Assembly (NCBI GenBank): GCA_016717335.1
Contig: JADKFS010000012.1
Coordinates: forward strand, 29,421 to 93,420
Reading direction: 5' to 3'
From: Candidatus Ribeiella danica
GTDB taxonomy: Bacteria; Chloroflexota; Chloroflexia; Chloroflexales; Roseiflexaceae
DNA length: 64,000 nucleotides
The translations under genes were made by a program, and so were the position numbers. The notes beneath the pieces were generated by a model. The model had not been told where the DNA came from and ran no database searches. It saw only the letters and a program-made list of their open reading frames with translations. Numbering within the stretch: position 1 is the stretch's first letter; each line of letters begins with the position of its first letter. Below, one piece after another: positions 53,127-62,410 of the stretch.

Positions 53127-54194
53127 TCAATCGCGCGGGAGGCTCGGGACCGGCCAGCCCTGCGGGTGGATCACGTAGGCGGTTCCGCTGGAATTGGCCT
53201 GCCAGGCCCGCTCTAGCTGCGCGGCGTCGTAGAGCCGGCGAACGGCGCCCTCGTCGTCGCCGCGCGGGTCGGCGACGACCACCCGCCCCTGCGCGTCGAA
53301 GCCGGCGACGATCAGCAGGTGGCCGGCGCTCGCCGGGATCGGCGCGTTGTCCAGCTCGCCCGCGCCCCAGGCCACGCTGATCGCCAGCGGCACGCCGGCC
53401 GCCAGCCACGGATCGAGCTGGTCGAGCCCGGCGAAGCGCGCGACGTAGCCATCCAGCCCGCGGCCGGCCGCGAAGGCCGTGTTGAAGCCCCAGTTGCCGT
53501 GGCCGTCGTAGACCGGATCGTAGACTTGCGGCACGACCAGATCCGCGACGGCGCCGCGCTCGGCGAAGGGCGCCAGCCGCTCGTCGCCGGTCTGCGCGTG
53601 CCAGTAGGCCAGCAGCATGCCCGTGCAGGTCGGGCTGCACAGGTTGCGACCGTTCGGGTAGGCCAGCTGCGAGCGCGCCGGCACCGGCAGCTCGCGCGGT
53701 GTGAGGCGGCCCGGCGACGTGGCGCGCGCACCCGGCGCGCTTAGCGCCAGGCGCAGCGCCCGCAGCTCCGTCCGGCGCTCGCTCTCGCCGAGGAGCAGCA
53801 CGCGCGGCTGCACCGCATCAGCGGGGCCGGCGAGCGACAGCGTGTCGGTCGCGACGCGCCCGTCGGCGTCCTGCTGCGCGTCGAAGCTGCGCCGGGCGCT
53901 GTTTTCGGCCAGGCTATCCCACTGCGCGATCCGGTAGAACGCCGTCCAGCGGCCGTCGCGCCGGGCGCGCAGCTGCAGCTCGATCCGGCTCCCGCCCGGC
54001 GTGGTCGCGGCCCACGAGGGGACGGCCTCGGCAAAGGGCGCCGGCGCGGCGGCCTCGGGCCCCAGCAGAATCGTCGCCGGCGCGCCGTCGACGGCGGCGG
54101 CCTCGCTATGCCAGCCGTGCGCGGCGTCGAACTGATCCCAGGAGAGCAGCGCTCGCATCGTTGTTGCTCCGTCGCTATGGCGGTCCGGCGACAT
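53127..54194 (-). CDS. Peptidase C39-like (papain-fold cysteine peptidase) domain protein with N-terminal uncharacterised domain
   Basis: Start MSPDRHSDGATTMRALLSW (54194, or 54158 after GGAG SD); C-terminal NGRNLCSPTCTGMLLAYW (catalytic Cys) and SAGHLLIVAGFD (His) match Peptidase_C39_2; track N-terminal extension through heptamer arrays rejected. Confidence 0.65.
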   Translation of the reverse strand: MSPDRHSDGATTMRALLSWDQFDAAHGWHSEAAAVDGAPATILLGPEAAAPAPFAEAVPSWAATTPGGSRIELQLRARRDGRWTAFYRIAQWDSLAENSARRSFDAQQDADGRVATDTLSLAGPADAVQPRVLLLGESERRTELRALRLALSAPGARATSPGRLTPRELPVPARSQLAYPNGRNLCSPTCTGMLLAYWHAQTGDERLAPFAERGAVADLVVPQVYDPVYDGHGNWGFNTAFAAGRGLDGYVARFAGLDQLDPWLAAGVPLAISVAWGAGELDNAPIPASAGHLLIVAGFDAQGRVVVADPRGDDEGAVRRLYDAAQLERAWQANSSGTAYVIHPQGWPVPSLPRD

Positions 54195-54202
54195 TGTACC
54201 AT

Positions 54203-54432
54203 CGAACGCTGAACGCTGAACGTTGAACGCTGAACGCTGAACGTTGAACGCTGAACGCTGAACGCTGAACGAACGTTTGAACGCGTTTGAATGTTTGAAC
54301 GTTGAACGTTTGATCGAACGCTTTGAACGTTTGAACGTTTGAACGCCGGCTATCAACAGCCCCAAGCCCCAAGCCCCAAGCCCCAAGCCCCAAGCCCCAA
54401 GCCCCCAGGCCCAAGCCCCAAGCCCCACTCGT
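54203..54432. repeat. Two adjacent tandem heptamer arrays: (GAACGCT/GAACGTT/GAACGTTT)n ~20 units (54203-54352) then (CCCCAAG) x10 (54358-54432)
   Basis: Read directly. Confidence 0.95.
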
Positions 54433-55220
54433 CAATGCGTCTGATCCGCCCGCTCCCACCAGACAAACGTTGCGACGATGCCCGCAAGGCTCGCGAGGAG
54501 CACGATCGCGTAGCTGGTCGCGCCGATCGGCCCATAGGCCGGCCCGGCCATTCCGGCGAACAGTGCCGGGATCGACCAGGGGAAGTACTCGCCCCAGCCC
54601 GCCGCCGCGACGACCTGCGCCAGGATCACCGCCAGGATCGCCGCGCCCATCGCCGGCAGGTAGCCGCGGCCGGCGCTGGCGCAGAACGCGATCGGCGTGA
54701 CGAGCGCGATCGTCAGGCCGGCGGTGATCGCCAGGGTGACCGTGCCGTGCCAGAGCACCCCCGCCGGCGCCGGCGGCAGGCCGACCGCCGTGCCGACGCC
54801 GAGGCCGATCAGATAGATCGCCGCCGTCAGCGCGGCCGACCACGCCATCACCAGGATGAACTTGGCCAGCATGATCGCGAAGCGCGGGGTCGGCAGGGCC
54901 AGCAGGTCCTTGATCGTCTGGTCCGAGTACTCGCGCCCGAAGACCCAGCTGCCGATCAGGCTGAACAAGATGAAGCCGCCGATCGCGGCCGCCTGGCCGA
55001 GCATCCCCAGGTAGGTGCTCCAGTCGGCCGCGCCAACCGTGATCTGCGCCTTGGCGCTGATCATCCCCATGCGGCGCGCGAGGGCGGGGTCCTTCAAGAC
55101 AATCATAAAGAAGCCGCCGGCGAGCGGCGCGAGCGAAAAGCCCAGCAGGGTCAGCAGCGGCATCTTGGATCGCCGCGCCTTCAGCAGCTCGACCCAGACG
55201 GCTTGTGTCAGGTTGCTCAT
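54432..55220 (-). CDS. ABC-2 type transporter permease
   Basis: Start MSNLTQAVWVELLKARRSKMPLLTLLGF at 55220, ATGA overlap with ATPase stop; 262 aa, 6 TM; the 794-aa track ORF is this gene plus a spurious 5' frame extension. Confidence 0.75.
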   Translation of the reverse strand: MSNLTQAVWVELLKARRSKMPLLTLLGFSLAPLAGGFFMIVLKDPALARRMGMISAKAQITVGAADWSTYLGMLGQAAAIGGFILFSLIGSWVFGREYSDQTIKDLLALPTPRFAIMLAKFILVMAWSAALTAAIYLIGLGVGTAVGLPPAPAGVLWHGTVTLAITAGLTIALVTPIAFCASAGRGYLPAMGAAILAVILAQVVAAAGWGEYFPWSIPALFAGMAGPAYGPIGATSYAIVLLASLAGIVATFVWWERADQTH

Positions 55221-56149
55221 CGTTTGCCCTCCTCGCCCATGTCCATGTCGATCAGCCGCAGGAAGTAGTGCTCCAGATCCTCCTGCTCGACGTTGAGCAT
55301 CGTCGGCGCGTGCCCGGCGTTGACCAGGCGCGTCGCGACGTCGTCCGGGTGCTCGATCGCGGCGAGATTGCAGACCTCGATGCCGTCCTCGTCCAGCATC
55401 TCCGTGGCGTAGCCGGCGCCGACAAGCACCGCGCGGGCCGCCGCCGACTCGCGCGCGCGCACCACCAGCCGGCGCCGCAGGCTGTGCTCCAGCTCGGCCG
55501 CGTCCAGCTCCTGCACCAGGCGCCCCTGGTGGATGATGCCGATCCGATCGGCCAGGCGCGAGACCTCGCCCAGGATGTGGCTCGACATGAATATGGTGAC
55601 GCCCTGCCCGTGCGCCAGATCGATCAGCAGGTTGCGAATCTCCACGATGCCGGCCGGGTCCAGGCCGTTGGCCGGCTCGTCGAGCACGAGCAGCCGCGGC
55701 TGGTGCAGGATCGCCTTGGCCAGCCCGAGGCGCTGCGCGTTGCCGAGCGATAGCGTCCCGGCGCGGCGATCGGCGTAGGCGCTCAAGCCCAGCTGCTCGA
55801 TCATCCGCGCGACCGCCCGCCGATCGGTGCCCGGGCGCAGGCGGCGCATCGCCTCCAGGTTCTCGCGCACCGTCAGCTCCGGGTAGGCGTGCGGGGTCTC
55901 GACCATGTAGCCGACCGCGCCCCACGGCCGCCGCTCGCCAGGCCGAATCAGCGTGCCGAGCACGCGCGCCGCGCCGGCGGTCGGCTTGACCATCCCGAGC
56001 AGCATGCGAATCGTCGTCGTCTTGCCCGCGCCGTTGAGGCCGAGAAACGCGTAGATCTCGCCCTCGGCGACGCGCAGCGACAGCCCATCCACGGCGGCGA
56101 CGTCGCCGTAGCGCTTCGCCAGATCCTGGGTTTCGATCGCAAGTTTCAT
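55217..56149 (-). CDS. ABC transporter ATP-binding protein
   Basis: 310 aa; GLNGAGKTTTIRML Walker A, LSLGNAQRLGLAKAI signature, LLVLDEPANGLD Walker B. Confidence 0.9.
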   Translation of the reverse strand: MKLAIETQDLAKRYGDVAAVDGLSLRVAEGEIYAFLGLNGAGKTTTIRMLLGMVKPTAGAARVLGTLIRPGERRPWGAVGYMVETPHAYPELTVRENLEAMRRLRPGTDRRAVARMIEQLGLSAYADRRAGTLSLGNAQRLGLAKAILHQPRLLVLDEPANGLDPAGIVEIRNLLIDLAHGQGVTIFMSSHILGEVSRLADRIGIIHQGRLVQELDAAELEHSLRRRLVVRARESAAARAVLVGAGYATEMLDEDGIEVCNLAAIEHPDDVATRLVNAGHAPTMLNVEQEDLEHYFLRLIDMDMGEEGKR

Positions 56150-56152
56150 AGC

Positions 56153-56752
56153 TCACTCCGCGACGAGATATCCGGCCACCAGGCCGACCAGCACGTCCAG
56201 CACGGCCGGGTAGATATCGGCGTCGAACTCTTGCTCGTGTAGGCTCAGGAAGAACAGCGCGCGCATGAGGTTCGAGACCAGCCGCGCGTCGCGGTCGATC
56301 GCGACGCCGGCGCGCGCCCACTCGGCGATCAGCTCGCCGGCCGACATGTCGTCGCGCTGCGTGTGCGCCGCGACCTTCTCCTCGGGCAGCTTGCGCAGCA
56401 GGTGCTCGTAGTCCTCCCGGTCGAAGTGCGTGAACAGCGCGTTGGTCTTCCAGAGCGCGAGCGCGTCCTTCAGCAGGGCGTGCACCCGCTGGCGGGGCGG
56501 CGTCTCCGAGCGGGCGGCGCCGCGGAACAGGCTGGCCTTGAAGTCGGCCTCGAACTGCTCCAGCAGCTCGAAGAACAGCTCCTCCTTCGAGTCGAAGAAC
56601 AGGTAGAACGCGCCCTTCGAGATGCCGGCCGCGCTGGTCAGATCCTCCACGCTGGTCTTCTTGACGCCGTAGGTCGCGAAAAGATCGCGGCCTTTCTCCA
56701 GCAGCTTGGCGCGGATCAGCGCCTTCTCGCGCTCGGTGAAGCCTTTCGGCAT
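56153..56752 (-). CDS. TetR/AcrR family transcriptional regulator
   Basis: 199 aa; N-terminal ATYGVKKTSVEDLTSAAGISKGAFYLFFDSKEELF HTH; first gene of 3-gene efflux operon. Confidence 0.85.
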   Translation of the reverse strand: MPKGFTEREKALIRAKLLEKGRDLFATYGVKKTSVEDLTSAAGISKGAFYLFFDSKEELFFELLEQFEADFKASLFRGAARSETPPRQRVHALLKDALALWKTNALFTHFDREDYEHLLRKLPEEKVAAHTQRDDMSAGELIAEWARAGVAIDRDARLVSNLMRALFFLSLHEQEFDADIYPAVLDVLVGLVAGYLVAE

Positions 56753-56915
56753 AGCTCCCTCTTTGCAAACGTGTGACTAAATTACTTTTACAGTCATAAG
56801 GATACACCTGTTCCACGCGATGTCAAGTCGGTCGCTGGTCGGAGGCATCGGCCCTGGCGTCACGCACGGCACGGTTGCGCGCGGCGCGCCGCTATGCTAC
56901 AATTCGCGCAATGTT

Positions 56916-56999
56916 GGGGACGTGGCGAAATGGCAGACGCGCAAGTCTTAGGAACTTGTGGAGCAATCCGTAAGGGTTCAAGTCCCTTCGTCCCCACCA
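56916..56999 (+). tRNA. tRNA-Leu (anticodon TAG)
   Basis: GGGGACG...CGTCCCCACCA acceptor stem, anticodon stem-loop CAAGT-CTTAGGA-ACTTG, long variable arm, T-arm AAGGGTTCAAGTCCCTT, encoded CCA; 84 nt. Confidence 0.85.
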
Positions 57000-57018
57000 C
57001 GCGATTGCAGCGCAGAGA

Positions 57019-57056
57019 AACGCCCCTACCACCTGCAACGGTAGGGGCGTTTTTCG
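57019..57056 (+). terminator. Rho-independent terminator after tRNA-Leu (AACGCCCCTACC-acctgcaac-GGTAGGGGCGTT + TTTT)
   Basis: 12-bp perfect stem followed by T-run. Confidence 0.65.
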
Positions 57057-57110
57057 TGTTTATGCGGCGGTTGTACAACAGCGAGAGAATGCAATGATCG
57101 TGCGCAAGTT

Positions 57111-57500
57111 GTGAGCAACAACGCATATCGATTGAAGGTACTGCTGCTCCTGCTCGCGGCTGCCACGGTTGGGCTTGTATCGCGCCTGCTACCGATTGGC
57201 GTCCGCCTGTGGGATAAGTACGTCGGCGACATGGTCTACGCAGCAGCATTCTACCTGGTGGTCAGCCTGATCTGGCGTGATTGGTCGATCGCGCCCAAGC
57301 TGCTGATCACCGCAATCTACGTAGTTGCCATCGAAGCGTTCCAGCTCACGCCTGTTCCGACGCAACTCGGCCAGAGTCGGCAGATTGTGGTCAAGCTCTT
57401 TGCCTATGTCGTTCTCGGATCGAAGTTCAGCTGGTGGGATCTGCTCGCGTATGGCGTCGGTATAGCGGCGGTGGTCAGTGTGGATCGATGGATTCGGTAA
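57111..57500 (+). CDS. DUF2809-like membrane protein
   Basis: 129 aa, 4 TM; pattern LPIGVRLWDKYVGDMVYAAAFYLVV...IEAFQL resembles DUF2809 family. Confidence 0.5.
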   Translation: MSNNAYRLKVLLLLLAAATVGLVSRLLPIGVRLWDKYVGDMVYAAAFYLVVSLIWRDWSIAPKLLITAIYVVAIEAFQLTPVPTQLGQSRQIVVKLFAYVVLGSKFSWWDLLAYGVGIAAVVSVDRWIR

Positions 57501-57668
57501 CGGTCAAGACGCCACAGCACCAACGACAAAGAGCCCCGGCATGGCTGCCGAGGCTCTTTCGATCTCTATGGCCGTGAGCAAAAGCATTGAGCCACGACGC
57601 ACGAACGAGCTGCCGTCGTGATTGCCATCCGCCTTACTGCCGACTGCCCACTGCTATAGGAGTTGGTG

Positions 57669-57926
57669 TTAGCGCACCGAGCCGCGCCGGACCAGGTTGA
57701 CGATCGCCAGCAGGATGACCGCGCCGACGAACGAGATCAGAATCGCGGTGAGGTTAAGCGCGCTGCTGTTAATCGTCGGGCCACCGAACAGGAAGCCGCC
57801 GATCAGCGCGCCGATGATGCCGACGACGATATTCAGGATCGCGCCCTGCTGCGCATCGGTCCGCATGACCATGCTCGCCAGCCAACCCACCAATGCGCCG
57901 ATCAAGAGCCAGATAATCAAGTTCAT
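57669..57926 (-). CDS. GlsB/YeaQ/YmgE family stress-response membrane protein
   Basis: Start MNLIIWLLIGALVGWLASMVMRTD at 57926; 85 aa; hallmark G-x-x-x-G rich IIGALVGWLAS / VVGIIGALIGGFLF. Confidence 0.8.
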   Translation of the reverse strand: MNLIIWLLIGALVGWLASMVMRTDAQQGAILNIVVGIIGALIGGFLFGGPTINSSALNLTAILISFVGAVILLAIVNLVRRGSVR

Positions 57927-58071
57927 GGGATCCTCCGTTATCACACTGTGATGATGCACCCTGGCATCGTACGCAGGATGATAAAGCAAGCAGCGTGCCA
58001 CGAGTAGGCCGTCACGGTTATTGCTCTTTCTGATGCTGATCGTGGTATCCTCGACTGGATGCCAGAACCAT

Positions 58072-58113
58072 ACCCCCCTCTCCCGCCGGGAGAGGGGGGC
58101 AGGGGGGTGAGGG
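58072..58113. repeat. MITE/REP-like family A half copy (CCCCCCTCTCCCGCCGGGAGAGGGGGGCAGGGGGGTGAGGG)
   Basis: Read directly. Confidence 0.8.
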
Positions 58114-58199
58114 AAAACAACATAATGATATGACCAAGATATGCTACAATATCCGCATCCATACGCCATTCGAGCCAGAATTGCGGAAGGCTAGCGGCG

Positions 58200-61082
58200 T
58201 TGCAGAGCATCAGCGAGATCGTTCAGACTATCGCGCGCCAGCGCGGGCGTGGCGGCGATGCGCAGCCGCTCCTGGCGACGCTGCCGATCGAGGGCGCGCC
58301 GGGAGAGCGGATCGCGCACCTGCCAATTGACTCAGACCTGGCGCAGGCCTGGGTCGCGCTGACGGGCGAGCCGTTTCGGCCGCACCAGGCCCACGCGCTC
58401 ACCGCGCTCCGCCGCGGCGAGCCGGTGGCGCTGCGCGCGTCGAGCGCCGACGTGGCGATCAGCGCGCACCTGCTGCTCTACGCCACGCTGCTGGCCGACC
58501 CATCCGCGACGGCGCTGCTGATCGCGCCCGACCAGGCCGCCGCGCTGGCCGCGCGCGCCGCTATCGCGCAGATCAACCAGGACCTGCCGCGCAGCCTGCA
58601 CCTGAGCGCCACGCCGCTGGAGCACGCCCGCCGGCCGGATATGTACGCGCGGGTGATCATCGCTTCCCCCGAGACCGTCCACAGCCGGCTGCTGCGCCAC
58701 CACGATCGCGCGTGGCGGCTGTTCTGGCCGCAGCTCCGGCTGGTGGTGCTGCCCGAGCTGCAGCGCTGCACGGGCGTGGCCGCCGCGCAGCTGGCCGATC
58801 TCTTGCTGCGCGTCCAGCGCGTCGCCGCCGGCCACACCGGGCAGCACCCCGGCCTGCTGGCCACGCTTGAGGATGTGGCCGAGCCCGAGCCCACGCTCGC
58901 GGGCATGCTCGGCCGTCCCTGGCGGGTCGTCCCGGCCGACGACGGGCCGCGCCAGCCGACCACCCTGGAGATCTGGCGCGCCGGCGGCGCGCGGCTGCGC
59001 GAGTCGGTCGAGATCGCCACGGCGATGCAGCGCCAGGGCTACCAGGTGCACATCTTCTGCCGGCCGTTCGAGCAGGCGCTGGTCGCGCCGCTGGCCGGCG
59101 ATCTGCCGCGGCTGACGTTCGGGCCGAACCTGCTGCCGGGCCAGGGGCTGGTGGTGGCCGGCTACCCCGGCTCGCACAGCCGGCTCCGGCGCATGCTGCG
59201 CGCCGGCTACCAGACGGTCGTCCTGGCGCTCGGCGAGCTGCCGTACGAGCAGGCGCTGGCGCGCCACGTCGAGGGGCTGCTGACCGAGCCGGCGCCGATC
59301 TGGGTGACGCCGCCGCCCAACGCCTATGTGCTGGCGAAGAACATCCTGTGCGCCGCGAGCGAGCAGCCGCTGACCGAGACCGAGGTCGAGGCCTGGGGCG
59401 CCGGCGACATCGTCGATCGGCTCGTCGCGCAGGGCAAGCTGGTCGACCTGCCCGACCCCGAGGTGGCCTGGAAGCCGACCGACGCGGCCGGCGACCCGTA
59501 CGCCGACTGGAGCCTGCGCTCGCCGATGGGCGAGGCCGTCGTCGCGCGCAACGAGCAGGCCCAGGTGGTCGGCGCGGTCGAGCCGGCGATCTACGAGCGC
59601 TGGGCCTTCCCGAACGCCGCGCTGCCACCGGCGATCGGCGGGTTCCGAATCCTGTCGCGCGACGAGGAGACCGGCGCGCTGACCCTACGCATGGAGAGCG
59701 CGGGCCGGCGCACCTATCCGCTGCGCCGCTGCGAGGTCGCCGTGCGCGAGGTGCGCGAGAGCCGCACGCTGCCGGGCAGCGCCATGATCGGCTGGGGCCG
59801 CGTGCTGGTCGACGAGGAGGTGTACGGCTACCGCGAGCTATCCGGCAGCAGCGCGCCGGCCGAGGTCGCGCTCGCGCCGACGCTGCACGCGCGCTGGGCC
59901 GCGCCGGCCTGCTGGTTCGATCTGCCCGCCGCCATCCAGGTGCTCGGCCAGCTGATCGGCTGGAGCCTGGCGGCGGCCCTGCCGCTGCGCGCCCTGGCCG
60001 AGCTCACCGATGTCGTGCCGTGCTACGACCACGAGGCCCGCCGGCTGTACCTGGTGGACGCCCAGCCGGGCGGCAATGGCCTGGCGCTCTGGACCTACAC
60101 GCACGCCGAGGATCTGCTGCCGCTGGCCTACGACGTGGCGCACGCCAGCCGCAACGATCCGCTGCTCGAGCCGCTCTGCCGCGTCGATATGGACTGGCTG
60201 CTGGCGCTGCTGGGCCGCCAGGCCGCCGAGGCCCACGTCCCCGCGCGCGCGCCGGCCGCGCCGATCCGCAAGACCGAGTTCGTCGAGGGGCCGCCGCCCG
60301 AGCCGGCGCCCGCGCGCCCGGCCAGCCTGCCGCCCGCCGAGGCCCGGCGCCCGGCGCCCGCTCCGCCCGCGGCGCCGCCTGACGATGCGCCGCCCGCGCG
60401 CCCAGCGCCGCGCGGCCAGCCCGCCCCGCCGGCTGGTCGCCGCGCGGAGCCGCCTCCGGCTGACGACCCGCTGCCGCCCGCGCGCCCAGCGCCGCGCGGC
60501 CAGCCCGCCCCGCCGGCGCGATCGTACTCGCAGGGCCGGCCCGACCACGAGGCGAAGGCCAAGCCGCCCGAGCAGCGCTCGATGTTCGGCGGCGGTCGGC
60601 CGCGCCCAGGCAGCCCCGAGCCTCCTCCCGGCCCCGTACGCCCAGCCGCGCCCGAGCCGCCCGAGACCAGGCGCCCGCCGCCCGGCGGCCCCGCACGCCC
60701 AGCCGCGCCCGAGCCGCCGCAGCGGGGCCGCCCCGCGCCGCCCGACGACAGCCCGCCCGACCCGGCAGCGCTGGTCGCACGGCTGCGCCGCGAGCGCGAG
60801 CAGCGCGAGGCCCGGCAGCAGCCGGGCGGGTCGCGCCGCGCCGCGCCAGCTCCCGCCGGCGATCAAGGGGGCGATCGGGGGGTCGAGCGGCGCTTCAGCG
60901 CCGGCGACAAGATCTTCTGCCTGCCGTACGGCGACGGCATCGTGCGCGAGAGCCGCGCCGCGGGCGGGCGCGAGCTGCTGGTGGTGGCATTCCCTGACTA
61001 CGGCGAGCTCGAGATCGACCCGGACGTCAGCCTGGTGCGCAAGCTGGAAGATGCGGCGCCGGAGGACGACGATCTCCTGTAG
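58200..61082 (+). CDS. Catalytically degenerate MrfA/YprA-like (DEAD/DEAH-box-derived) helicase homolog with DUF1998-like region, Pro-rich linker and small C-terminal domain
   Basis: TTG start 58200 (no in-frame ATG for >150 codons); PFRPHQAHALTALRRGEPVALRASSADVAIS replaces Walker A (no GKT); RLLRHHDRAWRLFWPQLRLVVLPELQRCTGVAAAQLADLLLRVQRV parallels MrfA motif-II region but DExH is PELQ; CYDHEARRLYLVDAQPGGNGLALW resembles DUF1998 GG-x-G region; ~300-aa Pro/Ala/Arg-rich low-complexity stretch. Confidence 0.65.
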   Translation: MQSISEIVQTIARQRGRGGDAQPLLATLPIEGAPGERIAHLPIDSDLAQAWVALTGEPFRPHQAHALTALRRGEPVALRASSADVAISAHLLLYATLLADPSATALLIAPDQAAALAARAAIAQINQDLPRSLHLSATPLEHARRPDMYARVIIASPETVHSRLLRHHDRAWRLFWPQLRLVVLPELQRCTGVAAAQLADLLLRVQRVAAGHTGQHPGLLATLEDVAEPEPTLAGMLGRPWRVVPADDGPRQPTTLEIWRAGGARLRESVEIATAMQRQGYQVHIFCRPFEQALVAPLAGDLPRLTFGPNLLPGQGLVVAGYPGSHSRLRRMLRAGYQTVVLALGELPYEQALARHVEGLLTEPAPIWVTPPPNAYVLAKNILCAASEQPLTETEVEAWGAGDIVDRLVAQGKLVDLPDPEVAWKPTDAAGDPYADWSLRSPMGEAVVARNEQAQVVGAVEPAIYERWAFPNAALPPAIGGFRILSRDEETGALTLRMESAGRRTYPLRRCEVAVREVRESRTLPGSAMIGWGRVLVDEEVYGYRELSGSSAPAEVALAPTLHARWAAPACWFDLPAAIQVLGQLIGWSLAAALPLRALAELTDVVPCYDHEARRLYLVDAQPGGNGLALWTYTHAEDLLPLAYDVAHASRNDPLLEPLCRVDMDWLLALLGRQAAEAHVPARAPAAPIRKTEFVEGPPPEPAPARPASLPPAEARRPAPAPPAAPPDDAPPARPAPRGQPAPPAGRRAEPPPADDPLPPARPAPRGQPAPPARSYSQGRPDHEAKAKPPEQRSMFGGGRPRPGSPEPPPGPVRPAAPEPPETRRPPPGGPARPAAPEPPQRGRPAPPDDSPPDPAALVARLRREREQREARQQPGGSRRAAPAPAGDQGGDRGVERRFSAGDKIFCLPYGDGIVRESRAAGGRELLVVAFPDYGELEIDPDVSLVRKLEDAAPEDDDLL

Positions 61083-61238
61083 TTGCGGTACCGCCCGTCA
61101 CCTGCGAGGCGAACGACACGGTGATGTTCGACTGCGGCGTATTGTAGTATCCTCGCCGCCGCGCGAGCCGCCGATCGGCGCGTTATCCTTGTAGAGCTGG
61201 AGCGCGGCGCCGGCGTCGTCCTGCTTATAATCAGCGGT

Positions 61239-62147
61239 TCATTCGGCCGGCGCCACCCCCGGCTTGGCCGCGCGGCCACGGATGCGCCGCCGCAGCCACA
61301 GCGCCAGCAGCGCCAGCGGCAGCCACAGTGGCGTCCAGACCAGCGCCACGATCGCGATCGTGCCGAGGGCCTGGCCGAAGCTCACCAGGCCGCGCAGCGC
61401 GCCGCGCGCAACCGCCAAGGGCTGCCAGCTGTCCTCGTCCACGATCGGCGCGACCGGCGGCACCGGCGAGAGCGACACGCTGATGGTCGAGAGCGCGGCG
61501 CTCTGCTTCAGGAACTGCTGGCGGCCGCGGATCTGCTCGATCTGCCCCTGGATCTCGCTGAGCGACTGGTTGACATTCAGCGCATCCTCGACGGTGGTGG
61601 CCTTGTCGAGAAACGACTGCAGCCGATCGCGCGTCGCGTTGAGGTTCTTCAGGCGCGACTCGAGGTCGACGAACTCCTCGGTCACGTCGTCGCCGCTGAC
61701 GGTGCGGGCCAGCACCTTCTTCGCCAGCCCCTGCACGCCCGACAGCGCCTCGTCGAAGCGCTCGGCCGGCACGCGGAAGGTGATCCGCGCCGAGAGATCC
61801 TCGTCCGAGCCGCTGGTCTCGACCTTCACGACGTAGCCGCCCAGCCGGCCGACGATCGCCCGCACGCTCGCCTCGGCGTCGCGCGCGCTCTCGACCTGCA
61901 GCGCGAGGTCGGCGGTCTTGATCACCAGGCGGTCGAATGCGGGCTGGCCGGCCTGCGGCTGGTTCGCGGCCGGCGCGCCGGCGCTCTGCTCCAGCGCGCT
62001 CGCGCCGCCAGCCGCGGCCGGCGCCGAGTCCATCGCCGGCGCCCTGGCGGGCTCGACCGGCGACGAGGCCGTGGAGGTTGCGCCGCCGCCGCACGCGGCC
62101 AGCGCCATGGCGATCACAAGCAAGCTGAGGAGATGGACGAGTTTCAT
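61239..62147 (-). CDS. DUF4349-like lipoprotein
   Basis: Start MKLVHLLSLLVIAMALAACGG at 62147 (lipobox); coiled-coil middle; C-terminal TM; track upstream extension rejected. Confidence 0.6.
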   Translation of the reverse strand: MKLVHLLSLLVIAMALAACGGGATSTASSPVEPARAPAMDSAPAAAGGASALEQSAGAPAANQPQAGQPAFDRLVIKTADLALQVESARDAEASVRAIVGRLGGYVVKVETSGSDEDLSARITFRVPAERFDEALSGVQGLAKKVLARTVSGDDVTEEFVDLESRLKNLNATRDRLQSFLDKATTVEDALNVNQSLSEIQGQIEQIRGRQQFLKQSAALSTISVSLSPVPPVAPIVDEDSWQPLAVARGALRGLVSFGQALGTIAIVALVWTPLWLPLALLALWLRRRIRGRAAKPGVAPAE

Positions 62148-62264
62148 GGTTGTGCTCCTTGCGCGTCTGCGGTATCGATCAGATGATCTAGCTGAATGAC
62201 GCCGCGGTGCGCGGCTTGGTTCCATTCCGGCCTGATCGGGCGGCGCGGTGATGCGACGGATCAT

Positions 62265-62405
62265 CCCACCCCCGTATCCTCGCCTGCCAGGGGCGGGGGG
62301 CAGATTCGCGGCATCAGGATGCGGTCACTTTGTGACCGCATCCTGATGCCAAAAGGATACTTCCCTCCCTGGTTCTAAGGACGGGGGAGGGGAGTGAGGG
62401 GCGGG
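62265..62405. repeat. MITE/REP-like element, family A (full copy with ATCAGGATGCGGTCAC-tttg-GTGACCGCATCCTGAT internal hairpin)
   Basis: Read directly. Confidence 0.85.
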
Positions 62406-62410
62406 AGCGA

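Noticed and set aside
54195-54428. N-terminal extension of C39-like peptidase ORF through heptamer arrays (GLGAWAWGLGAWG...)
   Set aside because: Sequence is translated tandem repeats; proper start with SD lies at 54158/54194.
55221-56816. 5' 530 codons of the 794-aa ORF 54432..56816
   Set aside because: This region is occupied by the ABC ATPase and TetR genes in other frames with clear motifs; only the last 262 codons (permease) are real.
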